The notes below the pieces were generated by a model, which saw only the letters and a program-made list of their open reading frames with translations, ran no database searches and had not been told where the DNA came from. This document shows, one piece after another, positions 28,712 to 38,550 of a stretch of 64,000 nucleotides of DNA (position 1 is its first letter; each line of letters starts with the position of its first letter). Origin of the DNA: an uncultured Acidobacteriota bacterium (lineage in GTDB: Bacteria; Acidobacteriota; JAQAZP01); the NCBI GenBank assembly GCA_963836075.1, contig CAWIIB010000009.1, positions 2,944,001 to 3,008,000 of the forward strand. The letters are read 5' to 3'. A program made the position numbers and the translations under genes.

Positions 28712-29953
28712 ATGAAAGTTGGAGTGATCAGTGAAAGCCCGCTGTTGACCACCGGCTACGGAGTGCCCACCAGGCATCTCTGCCAGCGCTTCCACCAGAG
28801 CGGGATGGACGTGGCCTGCCTGGGAATCCACCAGGTGGCCTTCGGCTACCACGAGCACACGCTGCCCTACCGGGTCTGGCCCACCTGTCCCCACGACGAG
28901 AACGGGCTGGAGCTGATGGAGTATTTCCTGCGGGGAGAACAACCCGATGTGCTCCTGCTGCTCAACACGCTGCCGGTGTGCAACGAGTGGGCGGCGCTGT
29001 TGCGGCGCAAGTTCAAAGTGATGATCCCGGCGCTGGCCTATTTTTCCGCCGAGGGTGCGCCGCTCAGCCCGGACTGGTTCAACACCTTCCGCTTCGTGCA
29101 GAAATCGGTGGCCTGGACCGAGTTCACCCGGCAGTCGGCCATGGACGCCTACAACGTGAATACCGAGTCGGTTTACATGGGTGTGGACCACGAGGCGTTC
29201 CAGCCCTACGACGACGAGCGGCGCAAGACGCTGCGCCAGGCGGTGGGGTGGGACGACCGGTTCGTGGTGCTCTTCGTCGGGCGGAATATGTTTGCCAAGC
29301 AGCAGGACAAAATGGTGGAGGCGGCCTCCATCCTGCGCCAGGAGGGGCACGAAGACGTGCTGATCCACCTGCAGTGCAAACCGTTCGAGAGCTACAGCAA
29401 CGGCGGGTGGGACCTGCCATCGCTCTGCCGTCAGTGGGACGTGCGGGAGATGATCTCCTTCCCGCCCGACATGCGCAACCAGGCCTATGCCACGCCCCAC
29501 TCCCGTGACCCGAAGAGCGTCAATCTTTCCGGGGATGTGCTGGCCAACCTCGCCTCGCTCAGCCTGGCCGACCGCTACAACTGCGCCGACCTCTACATTC
29601 ACCCCTCGATGGTGGAGGGCTTCAGCTTCCCCTGTGCCGAGGCCATGGCCTGCGGCGTTCCCATCGCCCACACCGACGACAACGGGGTGATGAACGAGGT
29701 GTGCGGCGAGGCCGGATACCGCATCCCCCGGGTGGCCGAGATGACCGTTTCCTGGGGCTCCCGCTACAGCGTTCTCTCGGCCCGGGATATCGCCGATACG
29801 ATCATCCGCTTCCGCGACAAGCTGCGGGATAATCCGGAAGAACGGAAACGTCTCGGTGGTCTCGGCGTGAAGCAGTCGATGCGCTACAACTGGGACAAGA
29901 CCGCTTCGTCGATCATGAAAATGCTGGAACAGACGGCCGCGATAAGGCTCTGA
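28712..29953 (+). CDS. Glycosyltransferase family 4
   Basis: SESP..TTGYG, FVGRN..K, EGFSFPCAEAMACG. Confidence 0.85.
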   Translation: MKVGVISESPLLTTGYGVPTRHLCQRFHQSGMDVACLGIHQVAFGYHEHTLPYRVWPTCPHDENGLELMEYFLRGEQPDVLLLLNTLPVCNEWAALLRRKFKVMIPALAYFSAEGAPLSPDWFNTFRFVQKSVAWTEFTRQSAMDAYNVNTESVYMGVDHEAFQPYDDERRKTLRQAVGWDDRFVVLFVGRNMFAKQQDKMVEAASILRQEGHEDVLIHLQCKPFESYSNGGWDLPSLCRQWDVREMISFPPDMRNQAYATPHSRDPKSVNLSGDVLANLASLSLADRYNCADLYIHPSMVEGFSFPCAEAMACGVPIAHTDDNGVMNEVCGEAGYRIPRVAEMTVSWGSRYSVLSARDIADTIIRFRDKLRDNPEERKRLGGLGVKQSMRYNWDKTASSIMKMLEQTAAIRL

Positions 29954-29982
29954 TGCTTTATTGCCGCGCCGAGGAGGGAACC

Positions 29983-30414
29983 ATGAGCCGTTCTCATCCC
30001 CTGTATGGTTTTTCAGCCATCATGCTGGTCCTGGGTCTCATTCTTGCCGGAGGCTGCGGCACGGAGAAGGAGTACGCCTCCGGCCTGGTGGGTGGCTATG
30101 ACGAGGCCAAGGCCACCGGCACGGCGGCGGACATGCAGGCCATCGGCCGGGCCCTGGCCGCCTACCAGCTGGACAACGGCGACTTCCCCTCAGCCGCCGG
30201 AATCGACGCTCTCTGCGGGCAGTTGAGTCCGGACTACCTGCGCCTGGGGTCCACGGCGGACAAGTGGGGGAACCCGTTCAGCTACACCGTTCGCGGGGCC
30301 GGGTACCGCTTGGTGTCGAAAGGTGAGGACGGGCGAGAGGGCACCGAGGACGACCTGGTGCTGGAAGACGGCCGGCTGACCCAGACGCCGCCGGGATTCG
30401 GGCCAACCTTCTGA
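29983..30414 (+). CDS. Lipoprotein with type II secretion pseudopilin G (T2SSG)-like domain
   Basis: Lipobox LAGGC; ALAAYQLDNGDFP; DKWGNPFSY; SKGEDGREGTEDD. Confidence 0.7.
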   Translation: MSRSHPLYGFSAIMLVLGLILAGGCGTEKEYASGLVGGYDEAKATGTAADMQAIGRALAAYQLDNGDFPSAAGIDALCGQLSPDYLRLGSTADKWGNPFSYTVRGAGYRLVSKGEDGREGTEDDLVLEDGRLTQTPPGFGPTF

Positions 30415-30427
30415 GCCGCGGGCCGAG

Positions 30428-31177
30428 GTGATCATGCACGTCACAGCAGCACGACAGTTTGTCGCCTGTGCCATTGTTCTTGCCCTGTGCGGTACCCTGG
30501 CGCTTTCCACCGCCTGCTACCGTCCCCCCGACTATGTGGTGGACACCATCATCGACTACATCGCTGCCGTCCAGGGGCAGGACATCGGCCGGCTCTACCA
30601 GCTGCGCAGCGGCCGCCAGCCGCCGCCGGGTATCCTTCCCGGCCTGCCCCACGTCCCCGCCATCTGGGAGGACCGGCCGTTCGAGCCGTCCGGCAACCTG
30701 GGCTTCGACCTGCTGCGCGAACGGGCCCAGGTGGCGTACCACCTCTACGAAAAGGGCCGCGAACGGGGCCGGCTTCGTCTATCACCCCTGGGCATCGTAC
30801 TGATTAAAGGACTGGTCCTGGGACGGGGCGTGATGTACAACGTCGTCGAGCGTGTCGATCATCCGGACGGCCGGGTCAACGTCATTCTCCAGGTGGACCT
30901 GAACTACGAACAGATCAATTACCACCAGTTGCCCGACGGGACCATCGTCTACTTCATGGGGCACCCGCTGGGCGCCACCCACCCGGCAACGGTGGGAGTG
31001 CGGCTCAGGGGGGCGGTGAAGCTGCTTGACCGGCTGCGGGTGCGCGTTGACCTGGCTCCCGCCGGCCCGGCATCGGCCCACGGGTGGCAGGTGCTCAGCT
31101 TCACGCCGCAACCGGGCAGCGACGAGTACATCACGGTCACCGGGCAGATCGGCAACCGCAGCTGGCTGCGTGAGTGA
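30428..31177 (+). CDS. Hypothetical exported protein or lipoprotein
   Basis: Hydrophobic N-terminus ending LSTAC; operonic spacing. Confidence 0.6.
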   Translation: MIMHVTAARQFVACAIVLALCGTLALSTACYRPPDYVVDTIIDYIAAVQGQDIGRLYQLRSGRQPPPGILPGLPHVPAIWEDRPFEPSGNLGFDLLRERAQVAYHLYEKGRERGRLRLSPLGIVLIKGLVLGRGVMYNVVERVDHPDGRVNVILQVDLNYEQINYHQLPDGTIVYFMGHPLGATHPATVGVRLRGAVKLLDRLRVRVDLAPAGPASAHGWQVLSFTPQPGSDEYITVTGQIGNRSWLRE

Positions 31178-31232
31178 GCGCAGCGCGTGATGGAAAGAGT
31201 GCCGTTGGGGGTTGCGGCGATCATACGATTCG

Positions 31233-31261
31233 TTGACACGGTCTGACCCCTGTATTATATT
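31233..31261 (+). promoter_or_regulatory. Sigma70 promoter
   Basis: TTGACA-17nt-TATATT. Confidence 0.6.
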
Positions 31262-31322
31262 TTTTCCACAGCAATCGAGCCGTATCCATTGATGAGCATT
31301 GTGCCCTGGTAGTGGAGTTGTG

Positions 31323-32441
31323 ATGGGTATCGATCAGGAATCCGGCAAACCTGAACATGACGTGGCATCCTACCTGCAGTCTCTCGACTGGTCCGAACGC
31401 GAGGAGCACTGGTGGAGTGTGCTGCGGCCTCTCGGTGTCGATCCCCAGGCGCTGGAACGGGTGGATGAGGAAGGCCGCCAGATCGACCAGTTGCCCCGCT
31501 GGGCCATCGAAATCAGGCAGCAGATTCGCGATTTCTCGCCCTGTCACTACAGTTTCCCCCATGCCCTGGAACTGCTGCTGGAGGGGGTGGGCAATGAAGC
31601 CCCCGACCCGAGTTTTCGCGGCTGCCGCAGTTTCAGCGACAGCCGGCGTGACGAGGCCCGGCACCAGGCAGGCATCCTGCAGAAGTGGTTCAGTGCCAAG
31701 GGGCGTGTCGATGCGCCCTCCTCCCGTGAAGAGCATTGCCCGGATGTCAATCCCCGGGAGATGCTGGCCACCCTCGGCAAGGCCAGTCCGGGCAAGCTGG
31801 AGCAGCTGAAAAAGCTGCTCGCGGTTCTGAGCCGCGAACGGAAAAAGGGCGGCGGGATGGAGCATTTCTCGCTCAACGGCTGGAAGCTCAAACAGCCGCT
31901 TCGCGAACCGCTGGTCTGCGACCAGGCCGGTTGCGGGGGCCTGGGCACGAAGGGCGGCGGCGCGCGGGTCTTCGAAAACAACCCGGTCTGCCATTTCAAG
32001 TATTTCCTCTACGTCAACTTCCACCTCACCGGCATCGGCACCGACGGGCGGAAGCTCGACGTGCTCTCGCGCCGCAGGATCGAGCGGGAGTACAAGAACC
32101 GGGTGAACCTTATCCGCCACTACATCAAGGCGCTGGACCAGTGGCTGGCCAACGAGGTTTTCGTCCGGGCCGTGCAGCACGGCGGCGAGAATGGCGAGCA
32201 GGTGCGCCTGGTCTATTCGCTGTTGGGCGGGGCCACTCCGGTCAAACGCTGGCTGGTCTTCTCGATCCGGGAGACGCTGGCCGTGTTCGGCGACTACTTC
32301 GACAAGCAGATCGTCCCGCTGTGGGAGATGTCCTGTGCGGCCCAGAGCCCGGCGGCTGCCGATTCCGCCCCCCACGACGCCCCGGGGCACGATGACGATT
32401 TCGTCGATGACGAGGATGACGAGTTCGAAGACGACCACTGA
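31323..32441 (+). CDS. Hypothetical protein with two-fold internal repeat and acidic tail
   Basis: GGAG RBS and upstream promoter; repeated CH...L.G(V/I)G...R...H...L..W...LG.A.P.K unit. Confidence 0.7.
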   Translation: MGIDQESGKPEHDVASYLQSLDWSEREEHWWSVLRPLGVDPQALERVDEEGRQIDQLPRWAIEIRQQIRDFSPCHYSFPHALELLLEGVGNEAPDPSFRGCRSFSDSRRDEARHQAGILQKWFSAKGRVDAPSSREEHCPDVNPREMLATLGKASPGKLEQLKKLLAVLSRERKKGGGMEHFSLNGWKLKQPLREPLVCDQAGCGGLGTKGGGARVFENNPVCHFKYFLYVNFHLTGIGTDGRKLDVLSRRRIEREYKNRVNLIRHYIKALDQWLANEVFVRAVQHGGENGEQVRLVYSLLGGATPVKRWLVFSIRETLAVFGDYFDKQIVPLWEMSCAAQSPAAADSAPHDAPGHDDDFVDDEDDEFEDDH

Positions 32442-32477
32442 CCCGGTCCTGCCTCCGCGGCGGGTGATTGGTAACTC

Positions 32478-33293
32478 GTGACCACTCTCACCATCAGCCT
32501 CTTTCAACTGGAGTATGGCCCGGGCGATTCCGCCGGCCGCCTCGAGCGCGTACGGGCCGCCGCCGCCGAAGCTGCGGCCCGCGGGTCCTCGCTGCTCCTG
32601 CTGCCCGAGCTCTGGTATTCGGGCTATGACCTGATCAACTCCGGGGCGCTGGCCGTGCCCATGGGCCAGGGGCACTTTGCCCTGGTCGCTCAACTGGCCC
32701 GGGAGCAGCGGCTGCACGTCTGCGGCAGCATGCTCTGCCGGGAGGATGACGGCACCGTTCGCAACCGCGCCGTGCTCCACGGACCGGACGGCGGCCTGAT
32801 CGGCTGGTACGACAAGCTGCACCTCTTTCCCAAGCTGCGCGAGGATCGCTATTTTCGCGCCGGGGACCGCCTGCCGCTGTTCGATCTCCCCTGGGGGCGG
32901 ACGGCCATGGCTGTCTGCTACGACCTGCGCTTCCCCGAACTGTTTCGCCGCTACGCGTTGACCGGCGACCCGCAGCTGGTGCTGGTGCCGTCGGCCTGGC
33001 CCGAACCGCGGCTGCAGTACTTCACCCTGATGACCCGGGCCCGGGCCTGCGAGAACCAGTGTTTTGTCGCCTCCTGCAACCGTGCCGGCAGGGGCGGGGG
33101 TGGTGAGCCGGCGTTCGGCAAGTCCCTGGCCGCCGATCCCTGGGGCGAGTTGCTGGCCGAAGCGGGCCGGGACGAGGAACTGCTCACCGTGGAGCTGCCC
33201 CTGGGACGGATCGACAAGGCCCGCGGCCAGCTGGACCTGCGCGGCGACCTGCGCCGCGATCTCTTTTATCCCGGCCCGGAGCCATCCCGTTGA
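32478..33293 (+). CDS. Nitrilase / carbon-nitrogen hydrolase family protein
   Basis: LPEL, YDKLHLF, VCYDLRFPE (E-K-C triad). Confidence 0.92.
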   Translation: MTTLTISLFQLEYGPGDSAGRLERVRAAAAEAAARGSSLLLLPELWYSGYDLINSGALAVPMGQGHFALVAQLAREQRLHVCGSMLCREDDGTVRNRAVLHGPDGGLIGWYDKLHLFPKLREDRYFRAGDRLPLFDLPWGRTAMAVCYDLRFPELFRRYALTGDPQLVLVPSAWPEPRLQYFTLMTRARACENQCFVASCNRAGRGGGGEPAFGKSLAADPWGELLAEAGRDEELLTVELPLGRIDKARGQLDLRGDLRRDLFYPGPEPSR

Positions 33294-34972
33294 GCCGCGG
33301 CGCCGCTACCACATTCCGTCTGGACGGTCTCTGCTTCACCCTGGCCGACGATCCGGTCACCGAAGACGCCCTGCGCCACTGGTTCCGCACCATGGCCGGA
33401 GCGGAGGCGGCCGAGGTGGGGCCGGTTCGTTTTCTCCGCCGCAGCCTCGATGCCCGCCGGAAAAACCGCCAGCAGTTCCTCTACTCCCTGCTGGTGGATC
33501 TGGGACCGGCGGCCCGGCACATTCTGGACCGGGAATTGGACGCCGCCGGACACCCCCGGCTGCAGGCGGCGGACCAGGCGGTGCAGGAGCAGGCCCTGCC
33601 GTTTTCCGGCACCGCTGCCCCGGCCCTGCACACCGCTCGCCCGGGGCCGGCGGCTGTGGTGGGCAGCGGTCCGGCCGGGCTTTTCGCCGCCCTGCGCCTG
33701 GCCGCGGCCGGAATTGCGGTGACCCTCTTCGAACGCGGGGACCCGGTTGAGGAGCGGGTTTCCAGAGTGGCCCGGTTCCGGGAAGGGGCCGAGCTTGACC
33801 CGGAGAGCAACATCCAGTTCGGCGAAGGGGGGGCGGGGACATTCTCCGACGGCAAGCTCTACAGCGGAACCAGCGACGGGCGCCGGCGACAGGTGCTGCG
33901 GGTGCTGGCCGACTTCGGGGCTCCACGGGACATTCTTTTCGAAGCCCGGCCCCACGTGGGCAGTGACCGGCTGCGCGGCGTGCTGCTGGAGTTTCGCCGC
34001 CGCCTGGTGGACCTGGGGTGTGATATCCGTTTTCGCACCCGGGTCACCGGCCTGCGCCTGGTGCCGGCGGAGGCATCCGGTGATGCAACCAGGAGTCTCG
34101 AAGGCCTGGAACTGGAGACCGGGGAGTTCTTTCCCTGCCGGCTGGCGGTGCTGGCCCTGGGGCACAGCGCCCGGGACAGCTTCCGCATGCTGGCTGCGGA
34201 CGGCCTCGGCCTGCGATTCAAGTCCTTTGCCGCCGGATTTCGCGTGGAGCACCCCCAGGAACTGATCGACACCATCCAGTACGGTGCGGCAGGCCGGGTG
34301 GCCGGTTTGCCGCCGGCTGAGTACCGGGTGGCGGTGAAGACCGCGGCCGGCAACGGAGTGTACAGCTTCTGCATGTGCCCCGGCGGGGAAGTTGTGGCCG
34401 CCGCTTCCGGCGCCGGGCAGTCGGTGACCAACGGGATGAGCCTGCGGGCCCGCGCCGGCCAGTGGGCCAACAGCGGCATCGTCACCGGTATCGACACGGC
34501 GGCGGCGGGCTGCCCGGCCGGGGATGACCCGCTGGCCGGCCTGCGCTGGCAGGAGGATATGGAGCAGGCGGCCTGGCGCCTGGGCGGTGGGGGCGGCCTG
34601 GCGCCGGCCCAGCGGGTCACCTCGTTCCTCGAGGGCCGGCTGGATAGCCACCTGCCGAAGTCCAGCTACCGGCCCGGGCTGCAGGCCGCCCGCCTGGACC
34701 GCTGTTTCAGTGAGGAGATCACCTCCTCCCTCCGCGAGGGGCTGCGGCTCATCGACCGCCGGATGCGCGGTTTTGTCACCGGCGATGCACTGCTCATCGG
34801 CGTGGAGACCCGCACCTCCTCGCCCCTGCGGTTTCAGCGGGACGAACAGGGGCGGGCCGCTGGTATCAGCGGTCTCTACCCGGCGGGGGAGGGGGCGGGT
34901 CATGCCGGCGGGATCATCAGCTCGGCGGTGGACGGCCTGAAGATCGCCGAAAAGATCCTCGCACTGAAATAG
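33290..34972 (+). CDS. FAD-dependent oxidoreductase (conserved uncharacterised family)
   Basis: VVGSGPAG, GEGGAGTFSDGKL, YSFCMCPGG, ETRTSSP, GEGAGHAGGI. Confidence 0.88.
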   Translation: MSRGAATTFRLDGLCFTLADDPVTEDALRHWFRTMAGAEAAEVGPVRFLRRSLDARRKNRQQFLYSLLVDLGPAARHILDRELDAAGHPRLQAADQAVQEQALPFSGTAAPALHTARPGPAAVVGSGPAGLFAALRLAAAGIAVTLFERGDPVEERVSRVARFREGAELDPESNIQFGEGGAGTFSDGKLYSGTSDGRRRQVLRVLADFGAPRDILFEARPHVGSDRLRGVLLEFRRRLVDLGCDIRFRTRVTGLRLVPAEASGDATRSLEGLELETGEFFPCRLAVLALGHSARDSFRMLAADGLGLRFKSFAAGFRVEHPQELIDTIQYGAAGRVAGLPPAEYRVAVKTAAGNGVYSFCMCPGGEVVAAASGAGQSVTNGMSLRARAGQWANSGIVTGIDTAAAGCPAGDDPLAGLRWQEDMEQAAWRLGGGGGLAPAQRVTSFLEGRLDSHLPKSSYRPGLQAARLDRCFSEEITSSLREGLRLIDRRMRGFVTGDALLIGVETRTSSPLRFQRDEQGRAAGISGLYPAGEGAGHAGGIISSAVDGLKIAEKILALK

Positions 34973-34993
34973 GTGACTGTCACCTATTTCAGT
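34963..34993. repeat. Palindrome (15-bp arms) with GGTGACTGTCACC core
   Basis: actgaaataggtgac-t-gtcacctatttcagt. Confidence 0.8.
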
Positions 34994-35009
34994 CAGCCGC
35001 CGTACAGTG

Positions 35010-35039
35010 AAAAGCCCTCCTCGGTGGGAGGGCTTTTTT
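35010..35039. terminator. Rho-independent terminator, probably bidirectional
   Basis: aaaagccctcc-tcggtg-ggagggctttttt between convergent genes; a second GC hairpin at 35047-35079. Confidence 0.8.
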
Positions 35040-35091
35040 GCCGAAGCCCCGCTCCCCCGGGGTTGCCGGGGAAGCGGGGAGGGGTATCAGG

Positions 35092-37855
35092 TTAGAAGGT
35101 GAAGCGCAGGCCGAGTCGCCAGGACTGCGGGGTCTGGAGATATTTCGGCCGGCCAAAGGGGTTGCCGCCCGTGGCGTCGGGGTCGTCCCACTCCCAGACC
35201 GTGATCACCTTGTCGCTGTCCAGCAGGTTGAGCACGTCGAGGAACGCGCCGACGGCATAACGGTCGCCAAAGGGGAAGGTTTTCTCCAGGTGGAGATCGA
35301 ACCAGTAGACGCTGGGCAGAGTGTAGGTGCCGCGGCCTTCGGGGAAGGCCATGTAGTCGTTGTAGCCGCCGCCGACATATCCTCTTCTGGAATAAGCCTG
35401 ACCGGAGCTGTACTCGAAGGCCAGGCCGACGTCGATGTCCCACGGCGCCCGGTAGAGGCCGTTGAGTTTCACGTGGTGGCGGATGTCGTCGGGCAGGTAG
35501 CCATACCAGCCGGCGTCGTCGTAGATGTTGCCCAGGCCATACCAGGTGTCGTCCGGCGGCGCATTGGGATCGGCGTCCATGAAGACACCGATGGTGTCCG
35601 AGCTGCCGCCGCTGTCACCCCACTCGCCCTGGCCGGGGTTGGTGCCCTTTGACTCGCCCCAGGTGTAGGATCCGAAGATCATGAAGTTGTTCGACATGGC
35701 CTTGTGGTAGGTCAGTTCCACGCCCTGGTAGTCGCGCCGCTTCAGATCGGGGTTGGTCACCAGCCAGTCGCCCGACTCCAGAACCACGTCCTCGATCAGG
35801 TCGCGGGTCTTGCTGTCGATGTAGCGGAGGCCCAGAGCCTGGGTGTCGGTGAGCTTGCGCTCGTAACCGATGATGAACTTGTCCTGGTGGTGCGGTTTGA
35901 GGTTGGGATCAAAGCCGTCCAGCGGGAAGAGGGGCTCGCCCTCGTTGCCGCCCTGGGTGAAGTTGTAGTCCCAGGTGCCGTTCCAGGTGGTGCCGTCGAT
36001 GTCGGTCCACTGGCCGGCGCCGTCCGGGTTCCAGAGGTAGTTGTGATAGGAACTGGTGGAGGATGAGTTCATCACCCAGCTGATGTTCAGTCCGGTGAAG
36101 TCGTAGAAGCGGCCCCAGAAGACCTTGGCCACGTTCACCGAGTCCTTGGTGATGTCCCACACCCCACCGATCCGCGGGGCGCTGGAGTTGATGTCGAAAT
36201 ACTCATCGCCAGCATTGTTCCGCATCGACATCTGCTCGTAGCGGTAGCCGAGGTTGAGGGTCACGTTTTCCGCAACGTCCCAGGTGTCCTGGATGAAGAA
36301 CGTCGTGCCGTCGTTGTCGTTGGGGTCGCCGGCCTGCTGGAAGCGGACGTCGAGGCTCTCCGGAGCGCCTTCATAGTAGGTGTAGTCGTAGCCGTTGCCG
36401 GGCAGCAGCCAGACTTCGTACTTGTCGGCCTCCAGGTATTCGATACCGGCCTTCAGCGAGTGGTCGCCCCAGGCGTCATCGATATACTGGGTGAAGTGCA
36501 GCTTGTAGTCGGTACTGGGTGGTGTCGTAGCTGTAGGTGCTGGCGCCGCCCCAGCTCTGGCTGGTGCCGCGGTCGAAGTACTGGGCGTTTTCGGTGTCTC
36601 CGTACGGCAGGATCTGCCGGTCCACCGTGGTGCTGCCGAACTTCAACTCGATGAACGAGTCGGGGGTCAGGATGCCGCGGTAGATGGCCCCGAAGTGGTC
36701 GAGGTCCCGCTTGTCGCTGCGCTGGGATTCGGGAGCGGTGTCGAAGTCGTCGCGGTTGTCGCGGTCGAAGCGCTGGCCGATCCAGGAGGCGTTGATCGAG
36801 TGGTTTTCGGTAATCGACCAGGACGCCTTGAGGAACGGGGCGATGTTTGTATCATCCCGCTCATACGAGTATCCGTAGTTTGTCTGCTGACTGGGGTCTT
36901 TCCAGGTCTGGGTGAGATACTCGAGGGAACCGAAATACCACAGCTTGTCCTTGACGATGGGGCCGCCGATATTGAACACCGGGGTGAAGTATTCCTGCTC
37001 CACCGAGCCCACTTGCGAGCCGTCGACGTTGGTTTGCGGGTTGCCGTCGCTGGGAATCAGGTAGGAGGCGATCAGGCTGCCTTCGACGCTGTTGCCGCCG
37101 CTCTTGGTGATCACGTTGGCCACCAGGCCGGTGGCCCGGCCATACTCGGCGGCGAAGCCGTCGGTGAGGATCTGGATCTCCTCGATGGCGTCGTAGTTGA
37201 TGTTGTGGCCGTAGCCGTTGGTCTCCGGGTCGCGGGCCGAGATGCCGTCGATGAGGAAGTTGTTCCCCACCTGGCCCTCACCGCGTGCGCTCGGGTTTCC
37301 GTCGCCCGAACCGCCGTACTGGGTGTCGGTGCGGCCCTGGACGCCGGGGACGAAGTTGAAGAGGTCCTGGTAGCTGCGGGTGGTGGGCAGGCGCTCCATG
37401 GCGTCCGACTCGAAGGAGGTCCCCACCTGGGTGGTGGTGACGTCGATCACCGGGGCCTGGGCCACAACGGTGATCTCGTCGGAAACCTGGGCCGGAGGCA
37501 TCTCGATTTCGATGATGGTGTCGGTTCCGACAGAGACCCTGATTTCAGTCTGAATGACGGTCTGGAAACCGTCCATTTCGGACTTGATGGTGTAGCGGCC
37601 GGGAGGGATCTGGACGAAACGGTAGGTGCCGTCAGTGTCGGTGACGACCTTGCGAGTGCCCTGGAGGTTGTCAGATTCGATTACAACTGTTGCACCGGGA
37701 AGCGGAACCCCTTCGGCGTCCATGATCACGCCCTGGATGGTTCCCACCTCGGCTGCCATTGCTTCCTGAACGGGAAGCGCCCACATGAACAGGAGAATGA
37801 GCGCTGCTCCCAGAGCAGCGTGCATCGAGGTTCTCGCGAACTTCAGGTTGCTCAT
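35092..37855 (-). CDS. TonB-dependent receptor (Oar-like, carboxypeptidase-regulatory N-domain), frameshifted near 36518
   Basis: G.PLPGATV, NNFLIDG, GFAAEYGRATG..NVITKSG, FIQDTW, APRIG, C-terminal LGLRFTF; removing one base rejoins the halves. Confidence 0.85.
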
Positions 37856-38197
37856 TCCGATCACTCCTCCTTTCGGCCGTAGCGGAGAAGCACTGACTTC
37901 GCCGTCAGCGGGCCGATCTGTTTTTATTTTTGTAGTTGTTTAGGTTGCTTTTTCCGCCGCGTCGTTCACCTGAGACGGTGCGGCCAGCCTTGCATTCACC
38001 TCCTTTCTCCTTTCCGGCCCCGGGGCCGGACCTTGACCGATACTCACGGCCGGTATGGTACCTGTGCAATCGCCTCTAAACCAGGGGTATCGGCAACAGG
38101 GCATGCCCTGTTAATGGCATCGGATCGGTTTTCCGAACCCCCTGGTCCGCGGGATGCGATTGTTCCGGTCATTGAAACCAGTCCAAACCAGTTGAGT

Positions 38198-38213
38198 TGC
38201 AATATTTCTGCCA
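38198..38213 (-). promoter_or_regulatory. Sigma54 (-24/-12) promoter for the TonB receptor
   Basis: Minus strand TGGCAG-AAATA-TTGCA with correct GG-N10-GC spacing. Confidence 0.62.
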
Positions 38214-38550
38214 TGATTTATTGGATAATCTCTAGTGGTCCCTTTATACCAAATTAATGAAAAATTGACAAGTTATCCCCGGCCGGGCTGTGTCTGGCCT
38301 TTGGGGAAGATGATTTTCTATCCATTTTCTTGGAGACTGGTTCAAGATTTTGAACCGCTGTGCGGAAGGCTGGTTGCCCGGCGGAACGGCGTACCCTGCA
38401 TATGATTGACATGGAAAGGGGTTGAAGGTATTCTGCCAAAGTTGCGCTGAAGCCGTTTTTATCCTTAGTTTTTTCCGGGGGAAAAAGGGAATACTGCCCG
38501 GATTCATCAGCCTGGTGGCCAGAATCATGGAGTGTGAACTGAAGAACCGA

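Noticed and set aside
8070-36520. Four frameshifts (~8076, ~8926, ~17981, ~36518) as programmed frameshifting, phase variation or pseudogenes
   Set aside because: Each is a single-base indel in a short C/G run (2-5 nt) with both halves otherwise intact and no slippery heptamer. Sequencing or assembly error is most likely; raw reads would decide.
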